Positions 35,919 through 45,079 of a DNA stretch of 62,432 bases are shown piece after piece. Made by a program: the position numbers and the translations under genes. This DNA is from Gammaproteobacteria bacterium (lineage in GTDB: Bacteria; Pseudomonadota; Gammaproteobacteria; GCA-002705445; GCA-002716945), in contig CBFHLA010000001.1 of assembly GCA_965656575.1 (NCBI GenBank), positions 1-62,432 of the forward strand, in the 5' to 3' direction. Each line of letters begins with the position of its first letter. Position 1 is the first letter of the stretch. The notes under the pieces were generated by a model that saw nothing but the letters and a program-made list of their open reading frames with translations, was not told where the DNA came from and did not search any database.

Positions 35919-38900
35919 ATGGCAAAGAAAAAGTCTACACAACCTAAAAAATCTCAAGCACCAAGAGCAAGTAAATCTTCCTCTAGTGTAACTACGAATT
36001 CGTTCATTAAAGGAATGAATAAAGATGTTACACCTTCTTTTGAAAAAAATGATTCTTGGTATCACGCTATTAATGCAGCAAACAATAGTTCTGATGGAGA
36101 TGTGGGTGTTATTGGAAATGAACCTGCTAATTTACAATGCGGGGTGATTCCTTATACTGTAATTGGTGCTATACATAGATATGGTGATGAGTGGATTGTA
36201 TATTCTACAGATGATGTAAGTTCTGAGATAGGTAGGTTTAATGATAGTGAGTGTAAGTATGAAGTTATTGTTAATGATCCATGTTTAAATTTTAGCAAAA
36301 AACATTTAATCACAGGAGCTGCAAAAGAAAATTTTGATTGTACATGGCAAGTTTATTGGGATGATGGAAACAATCCGTCAAGATCAATGAATATAGATAA
36401 TGTACCTTGGGTTCAAGCTGTTACTTCAGCTACTGGAGACCCTTGTATTACATTTCAAGATACACCTTTTTTAGATTGTGAAAAGATAAGATTACATCCA
36501 TTAGTAGATACACCATGCGTGCAACTTACAAAAGCTACCGATGGTGGTACAATTAAAAATGGTGCATACCAGGCTTATATAGCATATACAGAAAATAGTC
36601 AAGTTATAAGTGATTATATAGGTATTTCTAATATTCAAACAATTTGGTCTCATGAAGGATCAAATGGTTCTTTAGATATTCAGATAGATGGTTTGGATAA
36701 AGATTACTTTTATTTTGATTTAATTCTTTTAATAAGACAACAAGGTCAAATATATACTAAAAAAATTGGCAACTATAGCACGGAGACTAAATATATAAAC
36801 ATTGACTATATAGATCAGTCTTTACCTTCTATATCATTTGAAGAATTATTTAGACAATCACCAAGTTATGAAAAGTCTGAGTCAATGTATGTATTAAATG
36901 ATTATTTAATAAGACAAGGACCAACAGAACAATTTGATTTTAATTATCAACCTCTTGCAAATAACATTAATGTTAATTGGGTTATAAATGAGGTAAGCGA
37001 ACAATATTATATAAATTCTGGAAATAAAATTGGTTTTATGAGAGATGAGCAATACGCTTTTTTCATAAGATGGATTTATAATACCGGAGAAAGATCTTTT
37101 TCATATCATATACCAGGTAGAGCACCAACTAATTACACTTTACCAAATGGTGTAACTGTAAATGAAACAGATGATATTTTTGGAGCCAACACAATAGATC
37201 CTGCGGGTGACCCTGTATATAAAGTATATAATACAGCCAGTGTTGATGCATTAGTTACAGAAATACAACCGGATGGTTCTACAATTATTGCTAGAGGTAA
37301 AATGGGATATTGGGAATCAACTGAAAAATATCCTGATAAAAAACCTGAGATATGGGGTGACTTATGTGGTAAACCTATAAGACATCATAAAATGCCTAAT
37401 GAAATGATTAACCCTGTATTAGGACTTACAGATGGTGTTGATACAGGAATAAGAATTTTAGGTGTTGAGTTTACTAATATTGAAAGACCAAAATATAATG
37501 ATGGTACATATATTCCAAATATTGTAGGTTATGAAATATTAAGAGGATCTAGATTAGGTAATAAATCTATACTTGCTAAAGGTATGTTTAAAAACATGCG
37601 TAAGTATAACTTACCTAGTGAGGATAATCTTTTAGGTAATGCACAGGGGTTATATCCTAATTATCCCTATAATGATTTAAGACCTGATATATTCCATACT
37701 ACAGTAAGAAAAACATCAGGGTGTCCTAATGGTGGACCATTTACTAATAGTGAATTTGGAGACTATCCGCCACTAAGTGGATTTACAGATGATGTATTTA
37801 CATTTCACTCTCCTGAGTTAATGTTTACTCAACCTTTTTTAAATGCATATGAAAGTGTATTTTATGGACAAATAAGCGGTGAGTCAAATGGTTATTTTAA
37901 ACCTTCAGAAAATCATCCGCAGTTTAAACTACTTAGAAATATATCTGCTATATTAGGAGGGTTAGTTGGTGTAGGTTATGCCATTAGAAATTTAAATGGT
38001 ACACCACAAACTACAGCTTTGCCTGTACAAGGTATAAATACTGCTCATCCTGAAATTAGGGGTGAAGAAATAATTGGTACAGAACAACGTGGTAATAGTG
38101 GATTTGTTAGTTTAACTGTACCACCCGGTGTTGCTACTGTAAATTGGTCACCCAGAAGTGGCGGAAGAATAAGTGGTGGAGATTTTAATAATAATTATAA
38201 AGGAGGTGGGGCATATACAGATGCACATCAAGCAATTCAATCTTATGTAAATAGCCAAGGTGGTGGTATAGTTGGAAATTGGTTAGATGGTCTCTTAGAT
38301 TTGTTTCTTGGAGGTGCTAGTGATATTGCAGCTGCCTCTGGTTTATCTAAGTCTACACAACAAAGGATACAAGATCAAGCTTTACAAAATTTAGAAGATA
38401 CAGCTAGTACTGAGAATGGTGGTCTTATGGGTGGTGGTGCAACTGAGGCAGTAACACTTGATACTTCCGAATCAAATTTAGGGCCGTTATTTAAAAAAGC
38501 AATGTCTTTAATTTTAATGCAAAAAAATATTGCTGTTGGTGGTCAAGAAATTATTGATTTAATATATAATTTAGTTTCTTTTCAAGAACATGTTTTAAAA
38601 TACAATTCACATGGATTTTATAATGATTTTACAGCTGCTTCATTAAGTGATTTATTTAGAGTTAAAAATCAAGCTTCAAATTATATTGGATCATCATTCC
38701 AAACTTTTGATGATAATAAATATAAAATAAACAATTTATTTAGACCTTCAACAGTTGCTATTTCAACGGCAGATCCTATACCAACAAATTATGGTGTAGA
38801 AGATAAATCTAGGTTTGCTTTGGGAGGATACGCAACAAGTACTGGTGCAGTGGTATCTACAAATGATACACAAAATTTATTAAATCCAGAGGGTCCATTT

Positions 38901-41900
38901 AGTGGTCCTATATCTGCATTATATGGCGCATTAAAATTTAACATTGATAATCAATATGGTCAACTTGATGGTATAAAACAAATACCAATGAAAGGATGTG
39001 TAGAGATACTTGATCCTACATTACCGGATGAATATAAATATACAAGTAAACCAATATTTAGCGGGGATGTATTTATTGCTAGATACACTGAAAAATGTAT
39101 TATGCCAATATTTACAGACTTTTTAATTGGTCAGTATGATGGATATCCATATGATTATTATTTAAGGTACAATGTTCCTTATCCAAGATTTTGGATAAAT
39201 AGTAGAAAGTTTGATATGGCTGGAATGGCAGCTACAGTTTCAAGTTTAGGTTTGAATCAAATATTTGGCATTGGAGATGTAAGTGGTGCAACTGTACCCA
39301 ATGAAATGTATTATTTAGATAGAGGTGATACATGTGGTATTCAACTAATAGCATTAATGGGTGATAGTTTAAATAGTGCTTTTGCAATGAATCATGCATA
39401 TATGTATTCTCACATTAACGGTATAAATGATTTTTATGTTGAAACAGAAATAAACTTACCATATAGGGATTATGAAGAACCTAAAGAAAGAAGGTTTTAT
39501 GATACTTATACATATAATGACCTAGATGATTTGTTTCATGCTGAAATTCAAAAGTATGATAACTTTTATAAATACGATGAATCTTTAAGTCCTTCTAAGT
39601 TTGTAACACAAAATACATCTTTTGCACAACTGCAGGATAAAGATTATGATCCATTAGTATCTGAGACTTGTTATACATATTATCCAAAAAGACTTATATA
39701 TTCTCTTCAAGCTAATGAAGAAGATAAAAGAGATTATTGGAGACAATATTTATTTGCAAATTATAAAGACTTTAAAGATAGAGTATCTGTTATAAAATCA
39801 TTTGATAAAACAGGTGCTATAATGTTTTTTCCATATCAATCACCACAAATACTTCAGGGAGTTGATACTTTAAGAACTGATGCAAATACAAAAATTACTA
39901 TTGGTGATGGTGGTTTATTTAAACAAAAATTACAAAATATTGTAAATTCTGATTTATCTAATGAGTATGGATCATTGGAAAGCCAAAGAGGTGTTATAAA
40001 TACTCCTGCAGGTTTATTTTATATTTCTCAAGCTCAAGGTAAAATATTCCAATTTACACCTAGCAAAGGATTAGATCCAATTTCTAATATGGGTATGAAG
40101 TGGTGGTTTAATAAATATTTACCATCAAGATTTATTAAACAGTTTCCTTTATCGGAAGGTACTGAGTGGGCAGATAACCCAGTTGTTGGTGTTGGTTGTC
40201 AAGTAATCTATGATCCAAATGATGATATAGTTTACTTTATGAAAAAGGACTATTCAATAAAACCAGAATGGGCTGCTAAGGCAACTTTTAATGATAGCTT
40301 AGTTAAACCAATTTCTATTGATACAGGACTGCCAACAAAACTACGTGTAGATATAGGAGATCCATTATATTTTAATGATTGTTCTTGGACTATTAGTTAT
40401 GATCCAAAAGCTAAAGCATGGATATCTTTTCACGATTGGCATCCTGAGTTTGCTTTACCAAGTATTAATCATTTCTTTACTACTAAAACAATTGAGAGTG
40501 ATGTTCCTATTTGCCCACCTGGTTATAGTTTTAACTCTACAACGGGGTTATGTGAAATAATTCAAAACACACAACAACCTGCTGATATTACAGTTGATGA
40601 AGTAGCAGCATCAGTTACAGGTGGTCCTCAAGCATGTTTAATAGATTTAGTTATTACAATGGATTCTTCTGGTAGTACTAACAATAATTGTACTGGTAAT
40701 GCACCTGCTTATATACCAATGCAATTTGATGCAACAGGACAACTTATTGCCGGAACAGGTGTTGTTGGAAATACTTGTAGATCAAGTGCAGAATTAAGAT
40801 GGTTAGATGTATTTTTAAATAATCCATTGATAGATACCGCTTTAAATAATGGAACAATGCAAATTGGATTTGCAAATTGGGCTACTAATTCAAATCAATA
40901 TTTTGTAAATAATACATCTTTATACACAGGTGCTGGAGGTGGTGGTACGTGGAATAATGGAATAAATAGTGTTGCAATAATTAATTGGTATATTGCTAAT
41001 TGGAATGTACCCGGCCCTGGTAATACAAATGCTAATGTCGCTTTAGGTACAGCAACACCAACAACAGGAAATGGTGGATTAGCTTTACTAAATGATAAAG
41101 TACATTCTCAATTAGCTGCTAGTTATCCTGCAAGATCTCAGTCTGCAACATTTAGACAGGTATTAATTTGTATTACTGATGGTAATGGTGGTATTCAACC
41201 TCAACCAGCCGTTACTGCATTTCAAACACCTTTAGCAGGAAATGGGAACACGGGTGCATGGGCTAACACTAATTTAGGCGATCCTAATAAGCAAGAAATA
41301 TGGGGTGGTTTTGTAGGTAATGGTGATAATGGAGTACCAGGTAATGCTGCTTTATTAAATTCTATTAGTGGTACAAATTACTCTCAACCCGGTGTACCTT
41401 CTGCTCCTTATCAATTTACAACAGATGCATTAAATAATGCAAGTTTAGCTCAAACAGCAAATGCAATTGCAGGAGCGGTTTGTTCAACTCCTTATGTATG
41501 TGAATGTCCAACTGGTTATGAGCTAGTTTATTTGGGATCAAATGGATTTTATGATGCACCAACAGGCACATGTGATGATATAACACCTCCAATTTGTAGA
41601 CAAGTATCTTGTTCTTGTCCACCACCAATTCCTGGATTTACAAGTACTTTATTAGGTACATGTCCTGATACTTTACCTGAGTTGGCTTATATTGGTGATC
41701 CTAATTGGATTGATCCAACTCCACCAATATGTGATATATATTATCAAGACACAGTTCAACCAAGTTATAAAACAGGATCTTTTTGGAGACATAATGTTAG
41801 ATGTGATTTATTTGCTAATTATTATGGAAAAAACTATTCTTGGGAAATAGAATTGATTTCAAATACTGGTCAAGCAGTTAACACCATTAGAAGTGTTGAG

Positions 41901-42392
41901 TACCAACTTGAAACATATGTATATAAAGGTGAGCCTGAATATAATATGTGTGGTGGTGATAAATGGGAAGATTTATTGTTTAATTTTGACAAAGCTATTA
42001 TTTACAATAATGAACAAGTATCAGGTTTGTTAAATATTGTTTCTCAACCTTATAATGATCCGTGGGGTGAATTGCAATATCCAATAACTAATGTTAACTC
42101 TACAACTATTTTAGCTTCTAAAGTAGAACATAAGTTTAGATTTAATCAATTTGCGGATATTACTAATGATAGAGGTGAGTTTAGTAATGCAGAACAATCT
42201 GTATTTAATACACAGTGTAATGGATACATTAGACCTTTGAACTCAACTAATTTAAATTATTATAAACCAGCAATGCAACGTAAAAAGTTTAGACATTATT
42301 CAAATCATGTTTTATTGAGAAGACAAGAATCAGGAAATAGAAAAATGTTATTAAGACTAGAAAATACTAAACTATTACTTTCAATGAGATAA
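35919..42392 (+). CDS. giant virion (tail/nozzle-like?) protein with embedded vWA domain (2157 aa)
   Basis: Uninterrupted 6.5-kb ORF. MIDAS DSSGS at 40662-40676 and ICITDG at ~41172-41183. This segment is flanked by Cys-rich CP(P/T)GY motifs. Confidence 0.75.
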   Translation: MAKKKSTQPKKSQAPRASKSSSSVTTNSFIKGMNKDVTPSFEKNDSWYHAINAANNSSDGDVGVIGNEPANLQCGVIPYTVIGAIHRYGDEWIVYSTDDVSSEIGRFNDSECKYEVIVNDPCLNFSKKHLITGAAKENFDCTWQVYWDDGNNPSRSMNIDNVPWVQAVTSATGDPCITFQDTPFLDCEKIRLHPLVDTPCVQLTKATDGGTIKNGAYQAYIAYTENSQVISDYIGISNIQTIWSHEGSNGSLDIQIDGLDKDYFYFDLILLIRQQGQIYTKKIGNYSTETKYINIDYIDQSLPSISFEELFRQSPSYEKSESMYVLNDYLIRQGPTEQFDFNYQPLANNINVNWVINEVSEQYYINSGNKIGFMRDEQYAFFIRWIYNTGERSFSYHIPGRAPTNYTLPNGVTVNETDDIFGANTIDPAGDPVYKVYNTASVDALVTEIQPDGSTIIARGKMGYWESTEKYPDKKPEIWGDLCGKPIRHHKMPNEMINPVLGLTDGVDTGIRILGVEFTNIERPKYNDGTYIPNIVGYEILRGSRLGNKSILAKGMFKNMRKYNLPSEDNLLGNAQGLYPNYPYNDLRPDIFHTTVRKTSGCPNGGPFTNSEFGDYPPLSGFTDDVFTFHSPELMFTQPFLNAYESVFYGQISGESNGYFKPSENHPQFKLLRNISAILGGLVGVGYAIRNLNGTPQTTALPVQGINTAHPEIRGEEIIGTEQRGNSGFVSLTVPPGVATVNWSPRSGGRISGGDFNNNYKGGGAYTDAHQAIQSYVNSQGGGIVGNWLDGLLDLFLGGASDIAAASGLSKSTQQRIQDQALQNLEDTASTENGGLMGGGATEAVTLDTSESNLGPLFKKAMSLILMQKNIAVGGQEIIDLIYNLVSFQEHVLKYNSHGFYNDFTAASLSDLFRVKNQASNYIGSSFQTFDDNKYKINNLFRPSTVAISTADPIPTNYGVEDKSRFALGGYATSTGAVVSTNDTQNLLNPEGPFSGPISALYGALKFNIDNQYGQLDGIKQIPMKGCVEILDPTLPDEYKYTSKPIFSGDVFIARYTEKCIMPIFTDFLIGQYDGYPYDYYLRYNVPYPRFWINSRKFDMAGMAATVSSLGLNQIFGIGDVSGATVPNEMYYLDRGDTCGIQLIALMGDSLNSAFAMNHAYMYSHINGINDFYVETEINLPYRDYEEPKERRFYDTYTYNDLDDLFHAEIQKYDNFYKYDESLSPSKFVTQNTSFAQLQDKDYDPLVSETCYTYYPKRLIYSLQANEEDKRDYWRQYLFANYKDFKDRVSVIKSFDKTGAIMFFPYQSPQILQGVDTLRTDANTKITIGDGGLFKQKLQNIVNSDLSNEYGSLESQRGVINTPAGLFYISQAQGKIFQFTPSKGLDPISNMGMKWWFNKYLPSRFIKQFPLSEGTEWADNPVVGVGCQVIYDPNDDIVYFMKKDYSIKPEWAAKATFNDSLVKPISIDTGLPTKLRVDIGDPLYFNDCSWTISYDPKAKAWISFHDWHPEFALPSINHFFTTKTIESDVPICPPGYSFNSTTGLCEIIQNTQQPADITVDEVAASVTGGPQACLIDLVITMDSSGSTNNNCTGNAPAYIPMQFDATGQLIAGTGVVGNTCRSSAELRWLDVFLNNPLIDTALNNGTMQIGFANWATNSNQYFVNNTSLYTGAGGGGTWNNGINSVAIINWYIANWNVPGPGNTNANVALGTATPTTGNGGLALLNDKVHSQLAASYPARSQSATFRQVLICITDGNGGIQPQPAVTAFQTPLAGNGNTGAWANTNLGDPNKQEIWGGFVGNGDNGVPGNAALLNSISGTNYSQPGVPSAPYQFTTDALNNASLAQTANAIAGAVCSTPYVCECPTGYELVYLGSNGFYDAPTGTCDDITPPICRQVSCSCPPPIPGFTSTLLGTCPDTLPELAYIGDPNWIDPTPPICDIYYQDTVQPSYKTGSFWRHNVRCDLFANYYGKNYSWEIELISNTGQAVNTIRSVEYQLETYVYKGEPEYNMCGGDKWEDLLFNFDKAIIYNNEQVSGLLNIVSQPYNDPWGELQYPITNVNSTTILASKVEHKFRFNQFADITNDRGEFSNAEQSVFNTQCNGYIRPLNSTNLNYYKPAMQRKKFRHYSNHVLLRRQESGNRKMLLRLENTKLLLSMR

Positions 42393-45025
42393 TGAATAAG
42401 AAATTTAAACATATAGAATCAAGAGGATTGCCCGGAGGACCTAATGAGCAGTTTACATATATTACTGGGGTATTTTCTATAGATGGATATAAGTCAGATA
42501 GTCCTGATGTAAACAATCCTTTTAATATTATTCCGTCCAGTAATATAACTATGGAAGGTGTAGACTTTCCAGTTAGAGGTTATGGAAATAATGGTATTGT
42601 TCAAGATATGAAGCCTGGGGGTAATTACAACTATGGAGATGCAGACTATGTATTTGAAGTACCTATCGCACAACAAGGTGGACAAAGAGCTACTATATCT
42701 GCGTATGAAGAACCAGCTTGGTATGAAAAGGCGGTGGATTATTTAGCAAGTCCTATGACAGCTTTAGGTTATGCTACTAGAAATCAAGATTTACCAGATA
42801 GGTTACCAATTAGTGCAGAAAATAGAAATGCATTTGATGGAGTGATTGATACAATTAATCCATTTGCTTGGGCAAAGTATGCGGCATCTGCTAAACGTAA
42901 TTTAGATCAAGGAGAATATCTTGATGCTGGTTTTGATGCATTAGGTGCAATTCCAATTGTTCCTGCATGGTTATCAAAAGGAAAAAATGTAGCTAAAAAT
43001 GTACCAGTAGATAAACTTGATGATTTAGTTGAGGTGGTTACCGCAAATGGATCAATAAAGAAAATACCCAGAAAAGATGCTATAAGATTAAATAGAGTTG
43101 AAGATGCTAATGTAAGTAATACATCTTTTAGTAATTATGAAGATGGAAATTGGTTTGCTGATAACTTAAGTGAATTTTATGTTAATAGAACAAAAAATGC
43201 TATGAGTCCTGTTAGTTATGATTTACTAGATCCAAAAGATCCTAGAAGATTAATAACAATGTATATGGATCCATCAGATGCTAAAAACTTTAATTTGATT
43301 AAAGGAACAGCAACTGAGCGTGCATTAAATATGAGCGGTGGCATGGGTAATATGCCATTACCAAGTGAATACGTTCTTCCACCTGCTCTTGTTAAACAAA
43401 TAAGAGAAACTGGTAAAATTCCAGGTGCTTCTACTTTTATAGGGGATGCTGATCAAGTAATGAAGAACTTATCTGATTTCTATAAAAAGTATGGTGGAGA
43501 TATTAGCGGATTAGATAAAGCTCAGCTAGGTGCTTTTTTAAAAAGATTAAAACCCGCTATTAAAAAAGGTGTTAATTATATAGATGAATTTATTCAAAAT
43601 GATTTATATAAATATAACCCTTGGGCATATAACAATATAAACTCAAAGCTTCCAGAGTGGTTGCAATTAAGTGGCGAAAATGAAAAATGGTTACGACAAG
43701 TTGGAGAACCAGCAATTAGAGATGCACAAGCAACGCGTACTGTAAGAGAAATAGGAGAGAAGATAGATCCTAGACAATTTGCAGAAAAGCTTGCTGAACT
43801 TCAAAATATGAAACCGGGACAGTTTCAACTTAGTAAAAGATATCCGGGGCCTTTTTTTAAAAAGGGGGAAACATTTTTTGATTATAACAAAAAGTCTAGA
43901 TCTGGTTTAGATGGTAAACGTAATACTAGAGGAAGATCAGGAAGTGCTGATTATTTAATTGAATTTGATCCATCAGATCCAATTAAGTATCAAGGTATGG
44001 ATTCATATTTTCAACCAGCTTATATGCAAAATATGATGCTAGATCCAGCACCATTTGATAAATGGATTGGAGATATTGGTATTATGAAACCTAAAATGAG
44101 AGGGGTTGAGAATTTTAACTTTTATAAAAAAGATCCTTTTTGGGCTTATAAAAAAGTACCGTTAGATAAATTACAAGAAGGCGGACAAGCCCCTTTTGAT
44201 AAAGAAAGTTGGGAATATTATAGACAACAAAATCCAGAAGCTGTAATGAATCCTCCTGTTAATGATAGTGTTGTAATACCACCTAAAGATGGATTTACAA
44301 AACAAGAGTTTATAGAAAATCTTGCTAAACCCAAACCTGAATTTCAAAAACCTAAGACATTAAACTTTAATAATATTTTAGATTATGTTGTTGAAACAAG
44401 AGGGGGTAATAGAGATCTTTGGGGTAAAGCTGCTGATACAATAGCTTTTCATGAATCAGGTCCTTGGGCAAGAATGGATGTTGGAGCTAAACAATATCTG
44501 GGTGGACCGGGTAGAGGTTTGTTTCAATTTGAAGGTCCATCACTTAAGACTGCACAAAAAAGATATACAAATATTGCAAAGTCAAGAGGATTTACACCTA
44601 ATCCTGATATTTTAAATGCTAAGTCTGCTGATCAATTAAATGCACAAGATCAATATACTTTGTTCTTTGCGAATTTAATTGAGTCAAAAGCAAAGTTATC
44701 TGATTATGCAGATGGTAAAATGAAGCTAGAAGATTTATGGTTGAAGGGGCATAAGAATATTGAGAAGCCAGGAGATAGAGAATCATTTTTAGAAAGTCTT
44801 GAGGCAGCACAAAAAGAAGGTATAAAGAATGGTTATACTACTTTTAAAAAGGGTGGTGAATTTACCCTTTATGATATATATAAAAAGTATGTCATGGGTG
44901 GTGCAACTGATGAAGTTAGTAAAGATATTTATGATAAATTAAATAGAGTACACTATAAAGATGCAAAAGGAGTTGGAATGTCAGTTCCAAATTATATTCT
45001 TACTTATGTAATGAAGGGTTCTTAA
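42392..45025 (+). CDS. large virion/ejection-type protein with C-terminal lytic-transglycosylase-like motif (877 aa)
   Basis: AFHESG...GRGLFQFE (44444-44533) resembles the SLT signature ES...GLMQ. TAATG-coupled to the 2157-aa gene. Confidence 0.6.
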   Translation: MNKKFKHIESRGLPGGPNEQFTYITGVFSIDGYKSDSPDVNNPFNIIPSSNITMEGVDFPVRGYGNNGIVQDMKPGGNYNYGDADYVFEVPIAQQGGQRATISAYEEPAWYEKAVDYLASPMTALGYATRNQDLPDRLPISAENRNAFDGVIDTINPFAWAKYAASAKRNLDQGEYLDAGFDALGAIPIVPAWLSKGKNVAKNVPVDKLDDLVEVVTANGSIKKIPRKDAIRLNRVEDANVSNTSFSNYEDGNWFADNLSEFYVNRTKNAMSPVSYDLLDPKDPRRLITMYMDPSDAKNFNLIKGTATERALNMSGGMGNMPLPSEYVLPPALVKQIRETGKIPGASTFIGDADQVMKNLSDFYKKYGGDISGLDKAQLGAFLKRLKPAIKKGVNYIDEFIQNDLYKYNPWAYNNINSKLPEWLQLSGENEKWLRQVGEPAIRDAQATRTVREIGEKIDPRQFAEKLAELQNMKPGQFQLSKRYPGPFFKKGETFFDYNKKSRSGLDGKRNTRGRSGSADYLIEFDPSDPIKYQGMDSYFQPAYMQNMMLDPAPFDKWIGDIGIMKPKMRGVENFNFYKKDPFWAYKKVPLDKLQEGGQAPFDKESWEYYRQQNPEAVMNPPVNDSVVIPPKDGFTKQEFIENLAKPKPEFQKPKTLNFNNILDYVVETRGGNRDLWGKAADTIAFHESGPWARMDVGAKQYLGGPGRGLFQFEGPSLKTAQKRYTNIAKSRGFTPNPDILNAKSADQLNAQDQYTLFFANLIESKAKLSDYADGKMKLEDLWLKGHKNIEKPGDRESFLESLEAAQKEGIKNGYTTFKKGGEFTLYDIYKKYVMGGATDEVSKDIYDKLNRVHYKDAKGVGMSVPNYILTYVMKGS

Positions 45026-45056
45026 ACCTTAAAAATTAGTGATTCTCCTTAATTAT

Positions 45057-45068
45057 TTGTATATTAAT
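45057..45068 (+). promoter_or_regulatory. recurrent motif TTGTATATTAAT (copy 6)
   Basis: Lies 23 nt upstream of ATG 45080. Confidence 0.35.
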
Positions 45069-45079
45069 AATATAATATT

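Noticed and set aside
21139-40560. Out-of-frame + ORFs 21139..21321, 23268..23459, 25394..25582, 35130..35324, 40375..40560
   Set aside because: Each lies inside a longer + CDS in another frame, with Leu/Ile/Met-rich composition typical of frame-shifted AT-rich coding DNA.
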